Positions 48,303-58,349 of a stretch of DNA of 64,000 nt are shown in pieces. The DNA comes from Escherichia phage vB_EcoM_CUA3. The stretch is from sequence record PP410321. One strand, given 5' to 3'. A program made the translations under genes and the position numbers. The stretch's first letter is position 1; the number at the start of each line of letters is the position of its first letter. The notes beneath the pieces were generated by a model. It saw only the letters and a program-made list of their open reading frames with translations, made no database searches and was not told where the DNA came from.

Positions 48303-51300
48303 ATGTCTGTGCAAGCGCCTTCCGTTACTAGTTTGAGAATCGATAAACTCTCGGCTAACCATGTAAGTATTCTTTGGGATGACGTAGGCGCCAATTTCTA
48401 TTATTTTGTAGAACTGGCCCAAACCAAGGATGCGGGTGAATCTATACCCGATGATAAGTTATTTTGGAGAAATTTAGGTTACACCCCTACCAACAATTGG
48501 TTCGAAGAAAGATTTATTTCTCCTAATTCGTTTTATAAAATGCGTGTCGCTGTAGCAGCTCAAGGATTTGAACAATCTGAATGGGTTTATACAGAAGAAT
48601 TCGAGACGTTTTCTACTAACGCATATACCTTCGAGCATATGCGTGAATTTACTTTATCCAATAAATTCATTGAAGAAAAATTTACCAAAAATAANNNNNN
48701 NNNNNNNNNNNNNNNNNNNNNNNNNNNNNNNNNNNNNNNNNNNNNNNNNNNNNNNNNNNNNNNNNNNNNNNNNNNNNNNNNNNNNNNNNNNNNNAATTAT
48801 GTATTAAAGGCCGACCGTTTTCATGAGATTCAAGGAAGTATTCAAGCTGTATGTAAGGACCCTAATCGTTCCATTTTAATGGAGCTTGGTGGTGTACTTT
48901 ATCTTTTAGAAAGATTCCAGAACACTGCTAAGGTGTCTAATGACAAAGCTCAAAACTGGCACTATATTCGTTTGTTTAATGACCGAGTTGGTAATCCGGT
49001 TTCACGTACGGCTCATTACCAAACAGATACCACAACTTATGTTTTAGGTTATGACCGTATATTTTACGGACGTAAATCGAGTGATATCAGATGGTCTGCT
49101 GATGATGTACGTTTTAGCTCACAAGATGTAACTTTTGCTAAAATTGGTAGTGATATCGACCTTNNNNNNNNNNNNNNNNNNNNNNNNNNNNNNNNNNNNN
49201 NNNNNNNNNNTATTTCTACTATAGCAGAGGCAATGTGTGCTTCGGATGATTTTATTTACGTAGCGGCTAGAGACAGAGTTTATAAAGCAAAAACTACTGA
49301 TGCTCCTATTGACACCGACCCAGGTTCACCTACTTACGGTGAAAAAATATTTGAAAGTGGATATTCGACTATAACTGGCAACCCTAAAGCAGTTTGTTAT
49401 AAATTAGACTCCATTCAAGGAAGTACCTTTGCCTTAATTACGGGCGAAGTTAAAGAAGAAAGAATGGACCCTACNNNNNNNNNNNNNNNNNTTGATTCTG
49501 AATCTAAAGGTGTTTATTGGCTTGATGTTGAAACCGATACATGGACCCGAGTATTTGGTAACACTGAAGAAGAGAGACGCCGTATTGAGCATGGTTATAC
49601 CAGCATGTCTACAGACGGTGAAGAAATATTNTTTAGNNNNNNNNNNNNNNNNNNNNNNNNNNNNNNNNNNNNNNNNNNNNNNNNNNNNNNNNNNNNNNNN
49701 NNNNCTTCTGCCGTAAAATATGTTAAGGACGAGCAGTGGATTCATGATAAACATTATCTGATGATGAGCTTTAGAGCCAACAGTAAATCAGATTTTAAAG
49801 AATTCAAACCAGGTCGAATGGCCTATTACGCTGAACCGTTCTTTAGTTGGTCTAGACGCGATGGAACCCGCTCTTGGATTACCACAAGTAATCATGCGAT
49901 GGTGGTTTATAACGATGCGTTATATCAAAAAATNNNNNNNNNNNNNNNNNNNNNNNNNNNNNNNNNNNNNNNNNNNNNNNNNNNNNNNNNNNNNNNNNNN
50001 NNNNNNNNNNNNNNNNNNNNNNNNNNNNNNNNNTTTAAAAAATATTCTTCAGGTATCATGATTCACAAATCNNNNNNNNNNNNNNNNNNNNNNNNNNNNN
50101 NNNNNNNNNNNNNNNNNNNNNNNNNNNNNNNNATTTGGAAGCCTAAAGAAATAATGTTTACTGCAGAGCTCCAAAACCAAGAGCATGAAATTCCATGGAC
50201 CCCTAAAGAAGAAACAGGTGAACAAGACCCTGATTTGCGTCCTTTATTGGTTAAAATGGTTCCTGATAGTTATTTGCTTCAAGATTCCAACTTTGAAAAA
50301 TTCTGCGAATATTACCTTCAGTTTATTAGTGACGGCTCCGGCACTCATTATAATAACCTATTAAATCTTATTCGTAACCAATATCCTAGAGAAGAAGACT
50401 CGTGGGAATACTTATGGTCTGAAATCTATAAACGTAATATCTACCTGTCTAAAGAAAAGCGCGACGAAGTGGTTCGCTTCTTCCAGGCTCGTCAATCGGA
50501 TTTCTGGTCTACAAAAGGTACCGAGGCTTCATATAAATTCCTGTTTAAATTGCTTTACAACGAAGATGTCGAAATTGATATCGAGTCCAAGAACTCTATT
50601 GAATACGATATTATCGTAGAATCCGATAACATCAGTGAAGATATCGTTGGCCAAACAATTTATACCCCTACAGGAAGAAGTAATGTTACTTATATAGAAC
50701 GAAATTATAAAGATGGTAAATTGCAATGGCGTTTAACCATTCATAATCTTTTAGGTCGTTTTATAGTGGGTCAAGAGATTAAATCTGAACGCACATCATT
50801 TAAAGGTATGATAGTGCAGGGTGTACGCGGTAAAGAATTGTTAAGTAACAATATCGATTATATTAACCGCAACCGTTCTTATTATGTTATGACTATTAAA
50901 TCCAACCTCCCTACTTCTCGATATCGTAATGACGTATTGAGATTTGTCCACCCTGTAGGATTTGGTTTTATAGGGATTACATTGCTTTCTATGTTTGTTA
51001 ACGTCGGTTTGACATTAAAGCACACGGAAACCATTATTAATATACTTAAGAACTATAAGTGGGACTCAGGACTTCCATCCGAATGGTACGATAGAGTTGC
51101 TGTAATCGGATTTGATGGTAATATAGAACGAGACCCTAGAACAGGNGCTCCGGTTTATAACGTTGGACCTAAAGCAGGCGAACCTTTTGATATTCCTGCT
51201 GATTATGACGCAGAAAATGATTTCTCTGTATTCCAAGGCCAATTACCTCATGAACGTATTAAAAAGCATAGTCCTTTATTTGACCAAAGTGCAGTAACAT

Positions 51301-51398
51301 TTTCAAAATGGCGTGCTTTAGTTGATGACAGACTTAAAGCTGATATTGGAAACCCTAGAGACCCGCAAGACCCAACTCAGGTAAAAATTGATGATTAA
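48303..51398 (+). CDS. 7: baseplate wedge initiator (T4 gp7 homolog)
   Basis: 1031 aa (T4 gp7 1032 aa), position between 6 and 8. Confidence 0.85.
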   Translation: MSVQAPSVTSLRIDKLSANHVSILWDDVGANFYYFVELAQTKDAGESIPDDKLFWRNLGYTPTNNWFEERFISPNSFYKMRVAVAAQGFEQSEWVYTEEFETFSTNAYTFEHMREFTLSNKFIEEKFTKNXXXXXXXXXXXXXXXXXXXXXXXXXXXXXXXXXXNYVLKADRFHEIQGSIQAVCKDPNRSILMELGGVLYLLERFQNTAKVSNDKAQNWHYIRLFNDRVGNPVSRTAHYQTDTTTYVLGYDRIFYGRKSSDIRWSADDVRFSSQDVTFAKIGSDIDLXXXXXXXXXXXXXXXXISTIAEAMCASDDFIYVAARDRVYKAKTTDAPIDTDPGSPTYGEKIFESGYSTITGNPKAVCYKLDSIQGSTFALITGEVKEERMDPXXXXXXXDSESKGVYWLDVETDTWTRVFGNTEEERRRIEHGYTSMSTDGEEIXFXXXXXXXXXXXXXXXXXXXXXXXXSAVKYVKDEQWIHDKHYLMMSFRANSKSDFKEFKPGRMAYYAEPFFSWSRRDGTRSWITTSNHAMVVYNDALYQKXXXXXXXXXXXXXXXXXXXXXXXXXXXXXXXXXXFKKYSSGIMIHKXXXXXXXXXXXXXXXXXXXXXIWKPKEIMFTAELQNQEHEIPWTPKEETGEQDPDLRPLLVKMVPDSYLLQDSNFEKFCEYYLQFISDGSGTHYNNLLNLIRNQYPREEDSWEYLWSEIYKRNIYLSKEKRDEVVRFFQARQSDFWSTKGTEASYKFLFKLLYNEDVEIDIESKNSIEYDIIVESDNISEDIVGQTIYTPTGRSNVTYIERNYKDGKLQWRLTIHNLLGRFIVGQEIKSERTSFKGMIVQGVRGKELLSNNIDYINRNRSYYVMTIKSNLPTSRYRNDVLRFVHPVGFGFIGITLLSMFVNVGLTLKHTETIINILKNYKWDSGLPSEWYDRVAVIGFDGNIERDPRTXAPVYNVGPKAGEPFDIPADYDAENDFSVFQGQLPHERIKKHSPLFDQSAVTFSKWRALVDDRLKADIGNPRDPQDPTQVKIDD

Positions 51399-52395
51399 CT
51401 CAACAGTAATATATCGTTCTATTGTTACTTCTAAATTTAGAACGGAAAAGATGTACAACTTTTACAGAACAATCGGTGACGGTGAAGACCAGAACACGAT
51501 GTATGTATCTTTCGGGAGAGCCCAACCATGGGCTCCTAACGAAAATGACCCAGGCTTTGCCCCACCGTATCCTGTAGATGATTCTGAGGGCGTAGAGGAC
51601 GTCTGGACAAACATGATGGGTTGTGTTAAGGTTTATAAGAGTATGTTGGATTGTGTTGTTCCTCGCAAAGACTGGGGCGATACCTCTTATCCTAATCCTT
51701 TTACATTCCAGATTGGTGAAATTGTAGTAGCGAATAGCCAGCCACAAAACCGTACTGATGTCGGTGCAGGTTGGATGGTTTATCGTTGTGTGGATGTTCC
51801 TGAATCCGGAGCATGCTCTATTTTATCTCTTGATAATAAAGCCGAGTGTATTAAACTTGGTGGTAAATGGACTGCTAACGTCCCTTCAGTTAAAGCCCCT
51901 GCTGGACAAGGTGATACCGAAGGTATGGTTGATACCGGTGATGGGTATCTTTGGGAATATCTTTATGAGATTCCACCTGATGTGAGTATTAACCGCTGCA
52001 CCAATGAATACATTGTAGTTCCATGGCCGGAAGAAATTGCTGAAGACCCTGAACGTTGGGGATACGAGAATAACCTCACTTGGCAACAAGACGATTATGG
52101 ATTGATTTATCGTATTAAAGCCAATACTATTCGCTTTAAAGCATTCTTAGATTCAGTTTATTTCCCTGAATTTAGTTTGCCAGGGAATAAAGGATTTAGA
52201 CAACTTTCAATAATTTCCAACCCATTGGAAGCTAAAGCCCACCCATCCGACCCGATCATTAAAGCCGAAAAAGAGTACTATGACGTTATAGACCTCTCCC
52301 GCCACTCCGGTGAAATGATTTATATGGAAAACCGTCCTCCGGTTATTCGTTCCATGGACCAAACCGAAGAAATTAACATTATCTTCGAATTCTAA
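51391..52395 (+). CDS. 8: baseplate wedge protein (T4 gp8 homolog)
   Basis: start ATG 51391 overlapping gene 7 stop; high identity to T4 gp8 (VIYRxIVTSKFRTEKM...RCTNEYIVVPWPEE...). Confidence 0.92.
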   Translation: MINSTVIYRSIVTSKFRTEKMYNFYRTIGDGEDQNTMYVSFGRAQPWAPNENDPGFAPPYPVDDSEGVEDVWTNMMGCVKVYKSMLDCVVPRKDWGDTSYPNPFTFQIGEIVVANSQPQNRTDVGAGWMVYRCVDVPESGACSILSLDNKAECIKLGGKWTANVPSVKAPAGQGDTEGMVDTGDGYLWEYLYEIPPDVSINRCTNEYIVVPWPEEIAEDPERWGYENNLTWQQDDYGLIYRIKANTIRFKAFLDSVYFPEFSLPGNKGFRQLSIISNPLEAKAHPSDPIIKAEKEYYDVIDLSRHSGEMIYMENRPPVIRSMDQTEEINIIFEF

Positions 52396-52416
52396 AAAGG
52401 GCCGCAAGGCCCTTTC
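52396..52416 (+). terminator. hairpin after gene 8 (weak terminator or RNA processing site)
   Basis: gggcc-gcaa-ggccc stem after the stop, followed by only three T; downstream masked. Confidence 0.35.
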
Positions 52417-52523
52417 GGGGNNNNNNNNNNNNNNNNNNNNNNNNNNNNNNNNNNNNNNNNNNNNNNNNNNNNNNNNNNNNNNNNNNNNNNNNNNNNNNNN
52501 NNNNNNNNNNNNNAGGCATACCT

Positions 52524-53384
52524 ATGATTAAGCAAACTGGTAAATTACTAATTGACGTTGGTGAAATTGGTAATGCTAGCACCGGCGACATCTTATATGA
52601 CGGTGGTGTTAAACTAAACACCGACTTAAACAACATTTATAATACCTTTGGTGACCAACGTAAAACCGCTCTTACAGGCGAAACTACCGGTCAGAAATTA
52701 CATGCCACTGGATACTATCAAAAATTTGGCGATACCGACCAAGCAGGTTCTGTTGACCTTGGGTCTTTGGTTGATATTGATGCTTCTACAGGTTCTATAG
52801 TGTTAACCACGGTAAAAGGAGCTGTAGGTGAAGGTATTGAAATAATTAACTCCAACGGGAGTATTTCAGCTACCAATTATCTTGAAATCCGTATATTAGA
52901 TNCNNNNNNNNNNNNNNNNNNNNNNNNNNNNNNNNNNNNNNNNNNNNNNNNNNNNNNNNNNNNNNNNNNNNNNNNNNNNNNNNNNNNNNNNNNNGTATGG
53001 GATTATTCTATTGAAAGTATGTTTGGTGATAAACGAGTACCGTTAAATAGAACATATAACATNNNNNNNNNNNNNNNNNNNNNNNNNNNNNNNNNTTCAG
53101 GCCAATATTCTTTGGTCAAGCTTTTAGTTACGGCAGTAAATGCTAATGAAACCATTTATAAAGCTTCTGAATATCTTTTGTTTATGGATAACCAAGCTAA
53201 AAAAATATATTCTACGGAATACGCTGTTATNNNNNNNNNNNNNNNNNNNNNNNNNNNNNNNNNNNNNNNNNNNGATTTTAAATTTGATACATCTAACTAT
53301 ANNNNNNNNNNNNNNNNNNNNNNNNNNNCTATGAGATTNGCAATTAAAGTCGTAGATACCCAAACTATTGGAGTTCCAGTATAA
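52524..53384 (+). CDS. 9: baseplate wedge / long tail fiber socket (T4 gp9 homolog)
   Basis: 286 aa (T4 288), N-terminal IDxGEIGNASTGDILxDGG matches T4 gp9. Confidence 0.9.
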   Translation: MIKQTGKLLIDVGEIGNASTGDILYDGGVKLNTDLNNIYNTFGDQRKTALTGETTGQKLHATGYYQKFGDTDQAGSVDLGSLVDIDASTGSIVLTTVKGAVGEGIEIINSNGSISATNYLEIRILDXXXXXXXXXXXXXXXXXXXXXXXXXXXXXXXVWDYSIESMFGDKRVPLNRTYNXXXXXXXXXXXXSGQYSLVKLLVTAVNANETIYKASEYLLFMDNQAKKIYSTEYAVXXXXXXXXXXXXXXXDFKFDTSNYXXXXXXXXXXMRXAIKVVDTQTIGVPV

Positions 53385-55195
53385 TGAAACAAGAATTAAA
53401 AATAGGCCCCGCCGTTGATGATGGCTCCGGAGATTACCTGCGTGCAGGTGGTCTAAAAATCAATAATAACTTTAANGAGNNNNNNNNNNNNNNNNNNNNN
53501 NNNNNNNNNNNNNNNNNNNNNNNNNNNNNNNNNNNNNNNNNNNNNNNNNNNNNNNNNNNNNNNNNNNNNNNNNNNNNNNNNNNNNNNNNNNNNNNNNNNN
53601 NNNNNNNNNNNATTAACGTTCAGCTTCCTAAAGGCACCCCTTCAGAATATAACTTTGTAATTCGTTTGCGTGACGTTTATTCTTCTTGGCAAGCAAACCC
53701 TGTAACNNNNNNNNNNNNNNNNNNNNNNNNNNNNNNNNNNNNNNNNNNNNNNNNNNNNNNNNNNNNNNNNNNNNNNGACCTTGAACTTGTTTACTGTGCA
53801 CCGGGTCGCTGGGAATATGTCGAGAACAAACAAGTTAACCGTATTCCNAATAACGACCTAGCTACTGTAGCAACCAAACAGTTTATTGCTACNGAAGGCC
53901 AAACTGANNNNNNNNNNNNNNNNNNNNNNNNNNNNNNNNNNNNNNNNNNNNNNNNNNNNNNNNNNNNNNNNNNNNNNNNNNNNNNNNNNNNNNNNNNNNN
54001 NNNNNNNNNNNNNNNNNNNNNNNNNNNNNNNNNNNNNNNNNNNNNNNNNNNNNNNNNNNNNNNNNNNNNNNNNNNNNNNNNNNNNNNNNNNNNNNNNNNN
54101 NNNNNNNNNNNNNNNNNNNNNNNNNNNNNNNNNNNNNNNNNNNNNNNNNNNNNNNNNNNNNNNNNNNNNNNNNNNNNNNNNNNNNNNNNNNNNNNNNNNN
54201 NNNNNNNNNNNNNNNNNNNNNNNNNNNNNNNNNNNNNNNNNNNNNNNNNNNNNNNNNNNNNNNNNNNNNNNNNNNNNNNNNNNNNNNNNNNNNNNNNNNN
54301 NNNNNNNNNNNNNNNNNNNNNNNNNNNNNNNNNNNNNNNNNNNNNNNNNNNNNNNNNNNNNNNNNNNNNNNNNNNNNNNNNNNNNNNNNNNNNNNNNNNN
54401 NNNNNNNNNNNNNNNNNNNNNNNNNNNNNNNNNNNNNNNNNNNNNNNNNNNNNNNNNNNNNNNNNNNNNNNNNNNNNNNNNNNNNNNNNNNNNNNNNNNN
54501 NNNNNNNNNNNNNNNNNNNNNNNNNNNNNNNNNNNNNNNNNNNNNNNNNNNNNNNNNNNNNNNNNNNNNNNNNNNNNNNNNNNNNNNNNNNNNNNNNNNN
54601 NNNNNNNNNNNNNNNNNNNNNNNNNNNNNNNNNNNNNNNNGGCCAGGTTCGTATTACTGATGTGGATAATCCNNNNNNNNNNNNNNNNNNNNNNNNNNNN
54701 NNNNNNNNNNNNNNNNNNNNNNNNNNNNNNNNNNNNNNNNNNNNNNNNNNNNNNNNNNNNNNNNNNNNNGAGAACACAGTGAACCCTAATAACCCTGCAA
54801 CTTATATGGGNNNNNNNNNNNNNNNNNNNNNNNNNNNNNNNNNNNNNNNNNNNNNNNNNNNNNNNNNNNNNNNNNNNNNNNNNNNNNNNNNNNNNNNNNN
54901 NNNNNNNNNNNNNNNNNNNNNNNNNNNNNNNNNNNNNNNNNNNNNNNNNNNNNNNNNNNNNNNNNNNNNNNNNNNNNNNNNNNNNNNNNNNNNNNNNNNN
55001 NNNNNNNNNNNTGATGATAACNNNGGCCCTATTGTTATCGGTGGATGTTTGGTAGACCCGGATGCGCAAGGTCCTGCTTATACCAAATATCGTGAAGATA
55101 AAGCNNNNNNNNNNNNNNNNNNNNNNNNNNNNNNNNNNNNNNNNNNNNNNNNNNNNNNNNNNNNAACCGTTTATCGCTGGGTGAGGATTGCGTAA
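53384..55195 (+). CDS. 10: baseplate wedge pin protein (T4 gp10 homolog), largely masked
   Basis: 603 aa (T4 602); TAATG overlaps with 9 and 11; identity mainly by position and length. Confidence 0.7.
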   Translation: MKQELKIGPAVDDGSGDYLRAGGLKINNNFXEXXXXXXXXXXXXXXXXXXXXXXXXXXXXXXXXXXXXXXXXXXXXINVQLPKGTPSEYNFVIRLRDVYSSWQANPVXXXXXXXXXXXXXXXXXXXXXXXXDLELVYCAPGRWEYVENKQVNRIXNNDLATVATKQFIAXEGQTXXXXXXXXXXXXXXXXXXXXXXXXXXXXXXXXXXXXXXXXXXXXXXXXXXXXXXXXXXXXXXXXXXXXXXXXXXXXXXXXXXXXXXXXXXXXXXXXXXXXXXXXXXXXXXXXXXXXXXXXXXXXXXXXXXXXXXXXXXXXXXXXXXXXXXXXXXXXXXXXXXXXXXXXXXXXXXXXXXXXXXXXXXXXXXXXXXXXXXXXXXXXXXXXXXXXXXXXXXXXXXXXXXXXXXXXXXXXXXXXXXXXXGQVRITDVDNXXXXXXXXXXXXXXXXXXXXXXXXXXXXXXXXXENTVNPNNPATYMXXXXXXXXXXXXXXXXXXXXXXXXXXXXXXXXXXXXXXXXXXXXXXXXXXXXXXXXXXXXXXXXXXXXDDNXGPIVIGGCLVDPDAQGPAYTKYREDKXXXXXXXXXXXXXXXXXXXXXTVYRWVRIA

Positions 55196-55860
55196 TGACT
55201 TTAACAGAAATGAAAAGCGGGTTAAAATCCCGCNTNGCCGACTNNNNNNNNNNNNNNNNNNNNNNNNNNNNNNNNNNNNNNNNNNNNNNNNNNNNNNNNN
55301 NNNNNNNNNNNNNNGCAAACCAAACCCAAAAAGGTGTTTATTATCCTACAGTCCAAAGTGCTATTGATGATATTGCNNNNNNNNNNNNNNNNNNNNNNNN
55401 NNNNNNNNNNNNNNNNNNNGAAAACAGAGCACCGGGCTTTATTCAACAATCAGATNNNNNNNNNNNNNNNNNNNNNNNNNNNNNNNNNNNNNNNNNNNNN
55501 NNNNNNNNNNNNNNNNNNNNNNNNNNNNNNNNNNNNNNNNNNNNNNNNNNNNNNNNNNNNNNNNNNNNNNNNNNNNNNNNNNNNNNNNNNNNNNNNNNNN
55601 NNATTGCCAATAGTTATATTTTAGCAGAAACCTCTATTGACNNNNNNNNNNNNNNNNNNNNNNNNNNNNNNNNNNNNNNNNNNNNNNNNNNNNNNNNNNN
55701 NNNNNNNNNNNNNNNNNNNNNNNNNNNNNNNNNNNNNNNNNNNNNNNNNNNNNNNNNNNNNNNNNNNNNNNNNNNNNNNNNNNNNNNNNNNNNNNNNNNN
55801 NNNNNNNNNNNNNNNNNNNNNNNNNNNNNNNCTTTATATCACTATAAGCGAGTAAGTTAA
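55195..55860 (+). CDS. 11: baseplate wedge / short tail fiber connector (T4 gp11 homolog), largely masked
   Basis: 221 aa (T4 219); overlapping start/stop with 10 and 12. Confidence 0.65.
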   Translation: MTLTEMKSGLKSRXADXXXXXXXXXXXXXXXXXXXXXXXXANQTQKGVYYPTVQSAIDDIXXXXXXXXXXXXXXXENRAPGFIQQSDXXXXXXXXXXXXXXXXXXXXXXXXXXXXXXXXXXXXXXXXXXXXXXXXXIANSYILAETSIDXXXXXXXXXXXXXXXXXXXXXXXXXXXXXXXXXXXXXXXXXXXXXXXXXXXXXXXXXXXXXXXXLYHYKRVS

Positions 55861-57390
55861 TGTCTACAAATACACTAAAACATATAAGTGATAAATCAGA
55901 ATTTAAAACATTCGACCCTACTGGGTCGAATTTNNNNNNNNNNNNNNNNNNNNNNNNNNNNNNNNNNNNNNNNNNNNNNNNNNNNNNNNNNNNNNNNNNN
56001 NNNNNNNNNNNNNNNNNNNNNNNNNNNNNNNNNNNNNNNNNNNNNNNNNNNNNNNNNNNNNNNNNNNNNNNNNNNNNNNNNNNTGCTGTGACCCCGGCTA
56101 CTTTAAAAGGCCGCTTGGACATTCCTACTCAAGCAACTGAAACCTATGTAGGTATCACCCGTTATGCTACTAATGACGAGGCCATCGCTGGGACAGAGAC
56201 CCAGGCGGCAATCGTAGCATCATCTTTGAAGGCNNNNNNNNNNNNNNNNNNNNNNNNNNNNNNNNNNNNNNNNNNNNNNNNNNNNNNNNNNNNNNNNNNN
56301 NNNNNNNNNNNNNNNNNNNNNNNNNNNNNNNNNNNNNNNNNNNNNNNNNNNNNNNNNNNNNNNNNNNNNNNNNNNNNNNNNNNNNNNNNNNNNNNNNNNN
56401 NNNNNNNNNNNNNNNNNNNNNNNNNNNNNNNNNNNNNNNNNNNNNNNNNNNNNNNNNNNNNNNNNNNNNNNNNNNNNNNNNNNNNNNNNNNNNNNNNNNN
56501 NNNNNNNNNNNNNNNNNNNNNNNNNNNNNNNNNNNNNNNNNNNNNNNNNNNNNNNNNNNNNNNNNNNNNNNNNNNNNNNNNNNNNNNNNNNNNNNNNNNN
56601 NNNNNNNNNNNNNNNNNNNNNNNNNNNNNNNNNNNNNNNNNNNNNNNNNNNNNNNNNNNNNNNNNNNNNNNNNNNNNNNNNNNNNNNNNNNNNNNNNNNN
56701 NNNNNNNNNNNNNNNNNNNNNNNNNNNNNNNNNNNNNNNNNNNNNNNACTTTAAACGTTAACGGTACTTTACGTCGTAATNNNNNNNNNNNNNNNNNNNN
56801 NNNNNNNNNNNNNNNNNNNNNNNNNNNNNNNNNNNNNNNNNNNNNNNNNNNNNNNNNNNNNNNNNNNNNNNNNNNNNNNNNNNNNNNNNNNNNNNNNNNN
56901 NNNNNNNNNNNNNNNNNNNNNNNNNNNNNNNNNNNNNNNNNNNNNNNNNNNNNNNNNNNNNNNNNNNNNNNNNNNNNNNNNNNNNNNNNNNNNNNNNNNN
57001 NNNNNNNNNNNNNNNNNNNNNNNNNNNNNNNNNNNNNNNNNNNNNNNNNNNNNNNNNNNNNNNNNNNNNNNNNNNNNNNNNNNNNNNNNNNNNNNNNNNN
57101 NNNNNNNNNNNNNNNNNNNNNNNNNNNNNNNCGTTTCCATAAACATGCCGGTGGTTTTGGTGAACATGATAACGCAGGTGCTTTTGGTAACACNNCTAAC
57201 NNNNNNNNNNNNGGTACTCGTAAAGGACTAGACTGGGATAACCGTNNNNNNNNNNNNNNNNNNNNNNNNNNNNNNNNNNNNNNNNNNNNNNNNNNNNNNN
57301 NNNNNNNNNNNNNNNNNNNNNNNNNNNNNNNNNNNNNNNNNNNNNNNNNNNNNNNNNNNNNNNNNNNNNNNNNNNNNNNNNNNNNNNNNN
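55860..57390 (+). CDS. 12: short tail fiber (T4 gp12 homolog), 3' end approximate
   Basis: N-terminus and AVTPATL...GITRYATNDEAIAG and HKHAGGFGE...GTRKGLDWDNR (zinc-binding receptor domain) match T4 gp12; stop lies in N run after 57245. Confidence 0.85.
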
Positions 57391-58349
57391 NNNNNNNNNN
57401 NNNNNNNNNNNNNNNNNNNNNNNNNNNNNNNNNNNNNNNNNNNNNNNNNNNNNNNNNNNNNNNNNNNNNNNNNNNNNNNNNNNNNNNNNNNNNNNNNNNN
57501 NNNNNNNNNNNNNNNNNNNNNNNNNNNNNNNNNNNNNNNNNNNNNNNNNNNNNNNNNNNNNNNNNNNNNNNNNNNNNNNNNNNNNNNNNNNNNNNNNNNN
57601 NNNNNNNNNNNNNNNNNNNNNNNNNNNNNNNNNNNNNNNNNNNNNNNNNNNNNNNNNNNNNNNNNNNNNNNNNNNNNNNNNNNNNNNNNNNNNNNNNNNN
57701 NNNNNNNNNNNNNNNNNNNNNNNNNNNNNNNNNNNNNNNNNNNNNNNNNNNNNNNNNNNNNNNNNNNNNNNNNNNNNNNNNNNNNNNNNNNNNNNNNNNN
57801 NNNNNNNNNNNNNNNNNNNNNNNNNNNNNNNNNNNNNNNNNNNNNNNNNNNNNNNNNNNNNNNNNNNNNNNNNNNNNNNNNNNNNNNNNNNNNNNNNNNN
57901 NNNNNNNNNNNNNNNNNNNNNNNNNNNNNNNNNNNNNNNNNNNNNNNNNNNNNNNNNNNNNNNNNNNNNNNNNNNNNNNNNNNNNNNNNNNNNNNNNNNN
58001 NNNNNNNNNNNNNNNNNNNNNNNNNNNNNNNNNNNNNNNNNNNNNNNNNNNNNNNNNNNNNNNNNNNNNNGGTCCACATATTGATACGGTAGGTAAACAA
58101 CCGGCNTANNNNNNNNNNNNNNNNNNNNNNNNNNNNNNNNNNNNNNNNNNNNNNNNNNNNNNNNNNNNNNNNNNNNNNNNNNNNNNNNNNNNNNNNNNNN
58201 NNNNNNNNNNNNNNNNNNNNNNNNNNNNNNNNNNNNNNNNNNNNNNNNNNNNNNNNNNNNNNNNNNNNNNNNNNNNNNNNNNNNNNNNNNNNNNNNNNNN
58301 NNNNNNNNNNNNNNNNNNNNNNNNNNNNNNNNNNNNNNNNNNNNNNNNN